Of a DNA stretch of 64,000 nucleotides, positions 11,599-23,957 are shown in pieces. The notes under the pieces were generated by a model, which did not search any database, was not told the DNA's origin, and saw only the letters and a list, made by a program, of their open reading frames with translations. Location: positions 11,126,552 to 11,190,551 of the forward strand of contig CM082584.2 of assembly GCA_040954595.2 (NCBI GenBank), written 5' to 3'. A program made the position numbers and the translations under genes. Numbering within the stretch: the first letter of the stretch is position 1; every line of letters starts with the position of its first letter. The stretch comes from Balanoglossus misakiensis. Lineage: Eukaryota; Animalia; Hemichordata.

Positions 11599-14500
11599 TC
11601 ATGCACCGGGGCCGTCACAGTTCCAGACGGTCGAGAGGTGTGTTTTCATTTCCTCGTGATTATAGTGATATCTTGGAGACTCTTGGCATGTTTAATAAGA
11701 TGAATTGATCTTAACTTTGTCATTTCTCGACAGGGCGCCATGACAGCGGTGATTCAGACGTTCCTTTGGACCTCAGCTTAGGTAAGGGCCCAGTGTCATA
11801 TACAATATACATATACACTGTACTGTACTGTACTGTACAGAGAACGTGTGGTCAGATGCCGAGTGCGTGTACACACATTTCAGTTTCATTGATCGCGAAG
11901 GAAAATGTCAAAACAAACAGAGCACTGTGTAAAGTTCAGCTTAAAACAGGCGTGGGAAAAAATTGCCGGTCAGTGGTTGAGAACTAAAGTTGTTTACAGT
12001 GAATTCGTGACTTCACTCTTGAAGGGGGCGGCTGGGTGAATGGCAGAAATCAGGTCGCTCCATCACATCCTGGCCAATGTCAAACAGGTCGGATGGGAAC
12101 TGTCGGTGAAAAAAGTGACCATAACCGTGAATTTCGCTGTACTTCACATTTTAGTTCACGTTGTTTTCTGTGCAATGTCTTGTTCTACTCCAAACAACAT
12201 GATAACATACCCAGTACGTTGCTTGTCAACAACATAGCCTGCATGTGTGTTATGGCCATCGTTATTGTTGACTAATGAATTCTAGTCTGAACAGTGAACT
12301 TGAATTCAACTTTTGCACAATAACGAGGCTATACATGTAGGTTGTGTTAATAATAAGCTGGATATGGGCATTTTATCATGCTTAAGCCCAGGGGTTTGAA
12401 CAAGAAAGTGCAATATGAAACAAACATACTGAAGACATTTGACCCCAATGCATTCTGTTTTTGTTGTGGACGGTTTTCTCCAGATCCAGAGAAAAATGTG
12501 ACTGAGATTTTGACCAATATTGTCAATACAGTTGGTATTTCAAGAGGAAGAAAATTAGGACATTTAAACAATTTTGTCAAGGTAAGAGCATTCAATTTTC
12601 ATAGGGGGAGGGGCTTCTTGTCAATTTCAGAATGTATCATATATTCACATCTTACTCGAAATTCCAGACAACATCTTTATATAAAATCATTAATTCATTT
12701 TTTGACCCAATTTGTGAGTGGTATTTAGACCAAATCTGTGACTGTACAATCAAGTGATTGTCTCCAAGGATTAATATCAGTGAAATTAAATCTCATTGAA
12801 AATGTAAAATTAGAAAATAAATCAGTTTCCTGCTGGTATGTAATGCCGTGTTCCCTACATCAAAAAATTAATGATATCCTGCTTTGGTCAGTGGTTAAAT
12901 TAATCCTTGCCTGTTTCAATCAGTGGATGAAGTGAGCAAAAAAATGCAGGTTTTAGGGTGTTGTAACGTTGACAAGAATTATTTGCATGGAATCCCATGG
13001 TTACACTGTATGGTACAACAATCACAGCACAAGCTCAAGGTCAACCAGGTCCCTCCCATTTCCTGGTGTACATAACACATTCTGGGGGGTCAAACCACAT
13101 AGCCTGGGCTGGCTGGCAGCACTAAGGAATGCATGGGACACGCTGACAGTGTACGCCAACCAGTCAGTGTATTCGAAGGCATATTTTAAGGTGGCAAATG
13201 TTGACAAGTTCTCTGATTGCTTCATTCATAGTTTCACTTCCATTGTGTGTTCTTGGAATTCCTTAGAAAGGAGTGGCATCATAAATACTCAAGGCATCAG
13301 TGAGTGCTCTGCTCTGACAAACATGTTGTTATAAATCAATTTGAGACTTTATAGAAATCTTGTCGCATCGTCCCAATAATCCCCATCACAGAAAGGAGAT
13401 TCGAGGCTATGTATAATGAAAAGTGTTACTCAGTAAGTATTATGTAGTCTCATTTTTTTTTATCATGTTTTAATTTCAGATTTTACGCAATGTTAATGAG
13501 GACACATATCTTGGATTTCATTTACCAGAGCTTATATGTTGGTAAGTGTTTTTCGGCATTGAAAATGCACACTTTTTGAGTGGGTTGCCCTTTTCAAGTT
13601 GAAGGGGCAGCACGTTACATGAACATCAAAAGAAACCGGCCAAGTGTTCGCACCTGTTATCAGACCAGATAAGTGGTAACCTTTGACCTGCTGAAAGTTG
13701 ACATCTGATGGATGCTATGTAGCGAAGACACAGAGGCACTCCATGTTATCAGTTGCACATATATGTTTGTTATAGGTGGAACACAAACTCTCATTTATTT
13801 GTTAATAAAAAACATAATAATTCTATATTGACATTGACAGTTCCTATTATCAGGAGAAATAAACCACTTGACTGATTACCAGAGTAGCATTTAACCCTTC
13901 CACTAGTGTACTTTGGTCCGGTCCCATTGTTTTCATACAGATATTGGGCCAATGAACTGAACAATGGGGATGTCAGGGATCGGCTCACTTAGCCAAGAGA
14001 AGAGAATGCCGTTAGCAACAATGAATGTTAAATAAATTTTGCCTTTTAAAGACAAAAAAATATTGAGGATAATATTTCATGTTCATTGAAAATGAAAGCA
14101 ATTGAACAAAAGTGATTGACTTGACCTTTGCAACATTGACCCCTGACCTAGTGCTAAAGACATCACCAGTTTAAGACATGACATGACATTGTATAGTTTT
14201 TGGGGCTGCCGAGTAATTTTGTATTGGTAGTAAAAAACCTGAGTTACATGGTTTACTCAACCTGTGACCTTTGACCCTTGACCCTTACCCTGTTGTGATA
14301 AAGGAAATTGTTACCCCCAAATGTCGAGTGCTGAGTTTGCAGTTCATGGCTTTGATTGCTGTGGCAAGTATGTCATGACCTCTGTCTAGAGATTCATCAC
14401 TCCGTCTGTCTATATTTTTCTTACAGTTTGCGATTGTCCTTGTTTCACGATGCCAAGGAGGTGAGGGCGGGCGGCCTCCGGGCCTTCCGGTATCTCCTAC

Positions 14501-17500
14501 GGAATGAGGAGTCGCTGAATTCCATGTTGAAGTTCCACATTGACGTGTTGGTGGCCAGGAGTTTAGACATTTACCAGAGCAATGAAATTGAGAGAGTTCA
14601 GGCACTCCGGTTCATAAGAAAAGTAAGTTGAATTGGTGTATTTCTGGTTAGTGTTTTTGAAGTCTCAAATTCTTTGATTTCTGTTAAAATAATGTTTGTC
14701 GCTCTTTCCCCCCCACAGATTATTACACTGTGTCCAGCAATATTTCCTCAGTCTCTGGCGAAAGCAGTGATAGCCATTGGTAACGATGGCGTCCATGAGA
14801 GAGATAGGCTTTTGAGGGCGTGCATGGAAACAATATGTGAACTTGGTAAGATCACTTCCGGTATATTCTGTCCGCTGCCTTGTGTGTTACAGAACCTAAG
14901 CTGGGGAGGGGGGGGGGGGGCAAAATTAAACATCACATTCCTGTCCAGTGAAAATAAACATGTTTTTTTTTTCATTGCAGCACTGAAAAATACAGAGCTG
15001 GTGTCTCAGTGTGGAGGTATCAGCACCATTCTACACAATATCTTAGATAATCAACAGCCCAGAATGAACGAATCTTTGGTTTTCACCATTTTATATCTAT
15101 TGAACCAACCACATACCAGGAAATACATCAGATCCAATGTGGACCTGGAGGTAAGTAGTAACAAACTTTAAGGAAATTTTGCATAAGCAGCAAATTATAA
15201 AACTCATCACATTCATTAACTACCGTAACCTCATTATGTATCAGTGTCTGAGTATTTCAAAACTCAAGGCATTTCAGTCATCTTGAGGATGGACAGTAAA
15301 GACATACTTGATATGTCTACCTCTGTTGGTGGCATTTCTGTGTATGCGTATCTGTGTCAAACGGACAATCCGTTCGCCGGAGCTGTCCTGTAGTGACAGA
15401 GAAATAATGTGTGTGTGGGAGTTGCTTGATTCTTTGACATTTTAACAGGTGACAAAAGGAATCATTTTTGTAGACTTGAATGTCTGAGCAGCGCTCTTGA
15501 TATGCAAGAAGGATATCTTTCATGTCCAGACAGAAGAAATAATTCATTAAAATGTGTGGGTGACTACAGACAGAATGTGATGAATTTTTCCGGTGAAAAA
15601 CATGCTGTGATGACGTCATAATTCTTGGAAACAACTACTGAGGAAGTCATTGCACTCAGAGGAGAGCATTTTTGTGGTATTTGTGTCATGTGTGATCTCA
15701 TGTAGTGGAAGGTTCCTTTTTTGTCTGATATTTTTATTTTCTTTATTTTTGTCTCAATAAACACTGGTATGTATTTGTGCAAAATTGATGTCAATTTTTG
15801 TTTCATCTCTTTCAGAAAATCCTTGCACCATACACAGATATTCATTACAGACATACTTACCATTTGCCAGAGTCACATAGTCAGCTGAGGTACAGTTCAT
15901 ATTTTTTTGGCAAAATATATTTTAAATGATGGTGTAGTTAATTTTCCTACATTTATTTCTCATTGTGTCCTTTGTACCACTGCCAAATTTCTGCGAAAAT
16001 ACTATAAGAATCTTGCATATTTATATGTTTGTTGTTCAATAATTGTAAAGAGAGACAATTTTTTTATTGCAGCGAGGACAGAGAGTCTCGATGGGTAGCC
16101 AGTCGGATGGCCATCGTGTCAATGTTCAGATCATGGCCAGGTGAGTGAAGGGTGAAGAGACGACAGATTTTCGCAGAATCTGTTATTGTCGTTTGTGCTG
16201 ATAAAAGTAGAAAAGATTGAAACAAACCGCATTTTGAGAATCCCTGGGCCAAAATATTTTGAAGTGATAGAACTCAGAGTTTGTATTTTCAAACTGTACT
16301 TCTGTCTTTTCAGGTATGATTCGACTATGCCGACCCGATGCCAGTGGTTTGCTGTCGTTGCTAGGTGTCCTCTGCATACCAAATGAGGATATTAGGGCAA
16401 GTTGCAACTCTTGTTTCATGCAGTGATTGGGTGCGAAGTTGCCTCTTATTGGTCAATTTCTTCGTTAAACCAATGTGGTTACTGATATGAAGCCATCTCA
16501 TTTATTAACAGTAGATAACATTAAGAGAATTGTATTCTGGCATAAGAATAGATAAATTGATTTCATAATGTCTATTTCATATTTTTCTTACAGAAAAGCA
16601 TCATGGATGTATTTTTTGATATTTTTCGTCTTCCAATCCCAGTCTGGACCGATGATTTCAATGTTGCATTGTTGAGTACAGGTAACCCTGATTTCTTGGT
16701 TCAGTTTGTAATCGAGTGAAATGTTAAACTTGATTCGCTATGGGAATGACATTCATTTGCCCCCATCCAGAAAGGATAACTTTAGTAATCAATTGCACAT
16801 GTAGTAAAATTGAGGTCGCAAAGCTCGTATAAATGTTATACCCCATTGTAATTATTTTACGGATTTACATATTTAGATGCAAATGTGCTGAATCATGGCC
16901 ATGCGCCAGCATCTTTTTACTACTGAGCTATTTTTCCTCCTTGAATTTAGACCCCTCTCAGATGCAGTTGTCATGGAAACTGACGGCAGGTTTTGTGTGT
17001 GATGAAGCCAAGACGATCTTGCCGCACAGGGCGATGACCCGAAGTAACCTTATAGAGAATCACCTTGCGTTGCTTCTTCAGGCGTTCATCTGTGCTGGTC
17101 TTCTGGAGGTAAAAATAACCCTTCCCACCCCTTATTTGAGTGTACTAGTCCAAACATAGTGTAGAAAACAGTGGGGTTATACCATTGTGTGTTGGTTTAT
17201 GGGTAGAGACAGTCACAGTTACAGTATCTCCAAGTTTGTGTGTTTCAAAGGAGTAGCAGACTGATATGTGCAAATGGCTTAGCTATCATTGAGAGGAAAG
17301 TTTGACTACCCATGTGACAACTGTGTCTGTCATATTTTTTTCTGACTCTGCAGAGTTTGGTTGAGGTGATAACAACAGGAGATGAACACATAGCAATCAG
17401 AACTACCCTGATGTTGGGAGAACTTCTACACATGGTAAGCCTGTCAGGGGTACATCGGGAATAACAAAAGCTCTGATTCTTTCATTGATCTTGCCAGGGT

Positions 17501-20500
17501 TGTATACAGAAAATTGATTTGGCTGTCTTATAACGTGTATCCAGAGTTACAGTTGCCATGTATTCACTGGTGTTTTCTCCCTTTTTACTACTCTGCAGGC
17601 AAACACACTGTTACCGTACGAATGCGGACATCACTCCCACTGTTTGCCGACGTTGATGACACTCGCTTCGTCCTTTGATATCCCGGCCATTGAAAGAGTG
17701 TAAGTCAGTGTTTTCATCATAGTGTGTCCAAATACGACAGAAATCAGCTGTTTGCTTCGAAGCTAGACCATCAAGAAGGGAGACACACCACTTAGTGAAA
17801 TAATCAAAGGAACAGTAGCAGTAGATTTGTCCAACTTGATAAAATTACTTTTTTTTCTTTCTCGGTAGTCGTGCCAGTGCAGCTGTCAGTCGTCTCAACA
17901 GATACCATGAGATGAAGAAAAGAGGTCCGGTGCCCAATAGTTTGTTTCTTGACCAGATTCTGAAGTACACCGCCAAGGCCTGTGAAACAGACTCGGCCAA
18001 GAACAATAAAGTGGTCAAGGAGAAACTGATTCACTCAACATACAAGGTCAGAATTTACTCCAATGTATATTTAGTTGTGATTGGTTCATAAGTTACATTA
18101 ATATAATTATTAGGCTAACCAACCTCCTTGTGAAAAATACTCTACTGGATGCCTGTTATCATCCAAAATGAATCACTGGTAACTTATTTTAGTATTTCAA
18201 ATTTGACAGGACTCCGATGACCCAGTGAGCCAAGCGGTGAAAGACACCCAAGTGTTGGCAACCAAAGCAAACTTTGAGTGGGACTGGGATCTCATAACAG
18301 CTGTGCTGAAGGTAATCTGATGTTTTTCATTACACATTGTTTACAGAATGTAATAATTGCAACAGATAATTGCTATATGTACTTCTCCTGGTATTTTCTG
18401 GTGCCTTAATCGTACACTTGCTTGTTCATCCAATCCATCTTAACCTCAAAACTTGTCTAACCCATTTTCTGCAGTGGCCAGGGTCAGCGTTACGAAGGTT
18501 AGAAGACACCATCAACATAAGGTAGGCTTTGACTCTTTCACCTGTGATTCAAACAAAACAGTGCATTCTTTCCTGTAAATTTATCTGTGAAGAAGTAAAA
18601 ATTAAGACTTGCATGAACAGGTAGTGACAAAAAAATCCTGCCCTTAATATGCACTGTCATCTGTCTTTCACAGGTTTGTCAGAAGACTGATTCATTTCTT
18701 CAAACCCAGCAATAATCTCTTCTGCTCTGTGGATGTGGCCAGACCAGACAGCAGGAAGTACTCTGTGGCTGGTATACAACTTGTAGACTTTCTACTTGGC
18801 TGTGAAGAGGTGAGTTGGGTTTGACTGGGATGACATTGTGATATAAATTATATGATGATAAGGTGGCCAGTTGTAAATGATGGGCAAGGAGTCTGCCTCC
18901 CTCCTGCCTCTCCTTCAGGTCACTGGTATTTGCATTTTTAGTGAAATAAATCCTTCCTTTTCTTTTCCGTTTGTCTCGCGACTAGGATGGAGAAAGGCTG
19001 CTGATCGAACTCTTTCAAGAGATCTTCGACAACCTGAAGGAAGTGGTTGAGGGCGCCCCCACATCATCCTCGCTCTTCAATCTTACAAAAGTGACAACGA
19101 CCCTGAGTCAGCATTATTTTCTCATGTTGGGGAAACTGACCAGCTCTGCGCAGGGAGAGAAGGTCCTGGAGAAGACGGGTCTCTTTCTGCTGTAAGTCTG
19201 TGGTAGAAATATGCTAATAGCAAGAGGCCATTTGCATGACCCCTACATGACCTTAGGTTCTCGTATTTCCTTTGGTGTGAATCCATCAGGTTGACTGAAA
19301 CCTCTACAAAAACAAGTGTTCACTTCTTTGTTTTAACCCTTTTTTTCAGTTTACTCGATTTGTGTACAAAACAACCACAGGAACATCTCATAAAGCTGGT
19401 TATTACATCTCTCGATTATTCCAGAAATAATCTGTCCAGGATTATCCTGACAAAATTTCTCTCGTCAGCTCCAGAGGTAAGTTTTGGACCTTGCAATTGA
19501 ATGTGTAAAATTGTTGCACCATTCTGTGTCAGAAGGGTAATATCAGCCTGTGTGTGTAGTTCGTAATTGTCTTACATAATCAAACCATTTTCGCTGGTCA
19601 ATTCAAGATGGCTGACTTTTTGTGAATGCCTATTTCCCCCCTTCACTTTGCAGAGCATGCAACTCTATGCAACAAGTTACATGAGGGTCCTGCTGCGTGC
19701 CAAAGTGCCCTTCTTCAGCAGCTGGGGCATCGAACTCCTGGTGACGCAGCTGTACGACAAGAGTCGGGATGTCTCCATGGAGGCCATCGACATCATCGAT
19801 GAGGCTTGCGAGGTGGAAGAGAATCTGCACGCACTGGTTCAGATGAGACCCTCGCTGTTGCACATGGGCGACAAAGGTGTCCTGCTGCTTATCCGATTCC
19901 TCTCCATCCCCAAGGGCTTCAAGTGTCTGGCCGACGTCAACTTCGTGACGCACGAGCTGGACAAGTGGAAGAAGACGTTCAATCTGAAGTACGTCACCAT
20001 CGTGGAGTCGGAATTGAACGAGGCATTTACAACGTACCAGCGGCCGAGCCACGACGTGATCTTCATGAGGAGGTCGTCGGAGGACCAGCAGATTAAAAAG
20101 AAAGACGTGTTTGTGCCGGTTCATTTGTACGGACAGCTTGCTCAGCACAAAGCAGGGGCCGAACTCCTGGACAAACAGGTAGATAGACCCTCACACCCCT
20201 CATTTCTGAGTGTTTTGGTGTAACCCCATGTTTAGTTGAAACAGGTGCATCTAAATTCTAAATAATTATTGACCAATATATATTTATTTTGTTAGGATAT
20301 TGTACCAGAGTTGAGTCGATGCATCAGATACACAGAAACAACGCCGGAAAAAATAATGGGCTTGAAAGCAGCGCTATGGGGACTGGTAAGCGAAAGATCT
20401 TTCCTTATTTCTGTTTACTGGAGTTTCAATGTGCAGTCGTGTCACTGTTTATTTACTTACAGACTACAATGAATGGTTCTGATAACAAATATGTATTTTG

Positions 20501-23500
20501 CTTCATCTTACTCAGGGTCACATTGGCAGCTCTACTTGGGGTCTCAAGCTGCTTGCTCAGGAGGAAATCATCCCTGATATAATACGGCTGGCCGAAGAGT
20601 GTGAGGTCTTCTCAATCAGAGGGTAAGTAAGTGCACCATGGCATTGAAAATAGTGGTTGGTATTATTGCTGTACTCATATGTGATTTTAATCAGAAATAT
20701 TAATTGTATCGAATGTATTTTTTTACATCCCAGAACCTGTTTCTATGTGTTGGGACTTATAGCCAAGACGAGGCATGGAGCCGAGATCCTGGGCAGGCTC
20801 GGGTGGGAATGCATCCGGCATTGCCGGGAAGACATCTGGCCAGTTGTGGAAGAGCGAGATGTGCTGCTGGATGAGACGGGGAATCTGCTGAATTATTTTC
20901 CTTCCATGTCCAGTCTTCAGAGTTCGAACAGCAGGACTGAGGGGGAAGCGCCCCAGTATTACATGCCAGGGGAGGGACAGTATGGATCCTTCATATCATT
21001 AGGGGAGAGGACCATCCCAGACAGCAGCAGCCCCAGTAGTACGTTTTTTGTTGACATTAATGAGAAGGGGGACCACGTTGCACCCAAGGGACCCGATAAG
21101 TCTCCTGCGCCTGTTGTGATTCGCGCCTCCCCGAAGAAGGAAAGGACTGGCTTCTGTGTGGACACTGAGGGCAGAAACAGAAGCAGCAGCAACACCAGGA
21201 AACTGATTGCGAGTTCCCGGGAGAGGGAACTGGCCAGGGAGGTGGAACTGACGCCGGGGAGGCAGCGTCGGAGAATGACGCCGAGTCCCGAGGGAAAGAC
21301 GGTCACCGTGTGCGACAGTCCCATCTTTGAGACCAAGCAGAGGAGCAACAGCGACAGTAGGACGATGTCCAACGACCTGGACCGGCCCGGAAAGCTACGT
21401 AGCAATAGGAGTTTCGAACTCAAGTACAACACTCTGCCAAAGCAGAGGACTCAGAGCTTTAAATACAGGAGCAATAGCACGGAGAGCAGCGGGCGTGGCA
21501 GCATGGATGCCAAGAGTCGCAGCGAGAGCTTCGCAGACACGGTCACCAGCGGCGTCAGCTCGCTCAGTTCGACGACCTCCAGTCCGCCGATGGACCCAGC
21601 CAACACGGAGAGCGCCTCCAGTGTCAGTACTAGCACCATCAACAGTTCGCAGACGGTGAAGGTCATCCACGCCTCCGACTTCGCCCGGAAGCAGGTGAAT
21701 CTCAAACGGACGCCCAGCTTCACGCGCCACTTCTCCGCCAACAAGTCGGCCACGCTGCCGTCCGGGGCACAGTTTGGCAGCATAGGTTCTGTAGTGGAAT
21801 CCCACGCCACATTTACCACGATTCGCGATGCCCAGGGTCTCGCAGCCTTGAAGAACCTGAAAAGGCAGCGGGCGGACAGTCTCGGAGAAAAGATTGAGAG
21901 AATAGCGTCATCAGTTCCGTATACAGTGTCACCCGGAGCACTTGGAAGAAGCAATACATATTCTGGGAGACTTGCCTCTCTGGGGTAAGATACTTAATTA
22001 GATTGACCGTTAGTCTCATATACAGGCTTTGTTGAGAAGCTAAGTTGTGTAGTTTCCTATGCAAATCTTATAGTGATCAACTTTTTTTATGAAGCGCCCG
22101 TAATCCAGTCCAAAACCTCGCATTTCAGGGAAGGCAGCCAGACGTCACTGGAGAGCTACGACAGCCTGATGAAGTCAAGGTCACTGCCAAGGAGCCAATA
22201 CACAACTCCAGGGGGTGGGGACTTTGTGGGTCTGTGTCTGCCAGTCGATGTGTCCATGATTTTCCAGGTAGGGTTCATGTTGCTGGAAGTGTTGAGGTTT
22301 GGTTGAGGGTAAGTAGTGTAGTAGAATGTGTGAGTGAGTGAGTGCATGTGTGTGATGTACAACAAGCAGAACATTGTTGTCTTAATGTAGCAAAACAAGT
22401 CATCCAAAATTTGGACCAGAGATACATGTACAAGTAGTGCCTCTGTCATCTTTAAGGAGTTAAAAATGGTGCCAAAAGCATTCAACAAACTCTCATAGCA
22501 CTTCATCTTTCTATATACAGGTCGACGATCCTCCTCGCAGGCATTCTCCCGTAGAGTTCCGCAGACAAGGGGAATCACTGAAAATGCTGTCACCTGTGTC
22601 TGAGAAAAGCATCACCTCATCCATCGACCAGTTGGCCGTTCCGTCAGCCTCCCTCACACACTTCAGCCTGAGCAACGCAGCCGAGGACTTGCACCAACAG
22701 GTCCGGGAGAGAAAGATTTCCAGGATGGAGAGCGGATTCGAGGTGCACCGCTCGGAGATATGTCTCCTGTGCACCAAGATCCGGAAGGAAGGAATCCGGG
22801 TCACGGTGGAGGATTATTCCGGAGGTAGGAAAATGGACAATGGTAAGATTTCGTGCAGCAAGATTGAAGGTCCTCTGCCTTCTTAAAATGTGCAACGTGT
22901 CGGGTTTCCATGTTGTGTGACACTTTTGAATCAGCCAAGATATGTAAATCAAATCTGAACTTCGATCATTTATCTGACTACAGCCGTTGCAATATTGTAT
23001 AGCCCTTGAAATTCTTAGTAGAAGTTTAAAATACTGAAAATCCTGGGATGAAGCTGTAACATGTTATTTTATGTCATTCCAGACATTGGCAGGTTGAGGG
23101 TGCTGAGTGAAGGAGATGACGGCGCGGCCTCTGACACTGGTTACGAATACACCACAGACACCCCACCCAAGAAATCATTGTTACTTAAACCACTAAACAC
23201 CTTGAAGTCGCCCGGCAGCAGCGAGGTGACGGCGTCGTCCAGCGTCAGCAGCGGGGAGTCGACGCCCGCCTTGAGGAAACTGACCGAGGACAGTCCTCTC
23301 GGGAGGTCGCTCATCAAGAAAGAAGTGCTGAGGCTTGTGGTCAATCTGAGCAGCTCAGTGGCCATGAAGGCTCAGGAACAGGGCCTCCTTAAGTAAGTGT
23401 CATTTTATACTTCCCCCTTTAGTCAGTTGAATTTCGTGCTCCGTACAATGAAAAAGGGTTTGTCAGTTTTTGTCAGTCTCAATTGAAAAGAAACAGTAAT

Positions 23501-23957
23501 TGTATAAATTGTTGCAATACTAAATTGTTGAGACTCGGCAATTCTTTTATGATTTACTGGTAATTCTAATCCCCTGTCTTTTATCCTACATCAGCTTGAA
23601 AGAACGATTCCCCACAGCCTTTCAAGATGTTTGCCTGTACTCTGAAGTGGCTGACCTGCTGGGGACCTACTCCTTCAGGCTGTCAGCGCGCAGGTTCATT
23701 CAAGAGCTCTTTCAAGATATGACATTTGCGGAGGTATGCAATATCTCTGACTCTTTGCAGTTTCCACAATCCAGAATGTATTTTCACCTATCCACCATTT
23801 TACGCAATCATTTTTATTTTGAACATGATATAAATATAATTATGTCCTTGACAGTCCCTTTGATTTGATTTTTTCTTTTCAGCTGTACGTAGACGCCAGA
23901 GCCATTCTCCAGTTAGCAGAGATAGAAACTGCATCACCACACGATAATGATTTTTAA
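11589..23957 (+). CDS. RICTOR: Rapamycin-insensitive companion of mTOR (mTORC2 subunit), complete multi-exon gene
   Basis: Exons give MAAI...DSGDSDVPLDLS, RKLGHLNNFVK, AKEVRAGGLRAFRYL, QSNEIERVQALR, GNDGVHERDRLLRAC, EAKTILPHRA, WGIELLVTQLYD, TCFYVLGLIAKT, a large Ser-rich exon (~20734-21984), Zn-finger ligands HRSEICLLC plus DVCLYSEV, and FRLSARRFIQELFQD, all collinear with vertebrate RICTOR. Stop TAA at 23955-23957. Confidence 0.97.

Noticed and set aside
14110-14290. Cluster of tgacct/tgaccc motifs in a RICTOR intron
   Set aside because: Could be nuclear-receptor half-sites or remnants of a common repeat; no boundaries or other support.
15575-15642. Possible C/D box snoRNA in a RICTOR intron (two gtgatga and a ctga)
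   Set aside because: No terminal stem and no rRNA-complementary guide that I could recognise; needs a snoscan/Rfam search.
19630-21954. Several 130-170 aa antisense or alternate-frame ORFs over RICTOR exons (likewise over the lipase, iGluR, Tctex and GPCR exons)
   Set aside because: Shadow ORFs caused by GC-rich codon usage of the real genes; no recognisable motifs.
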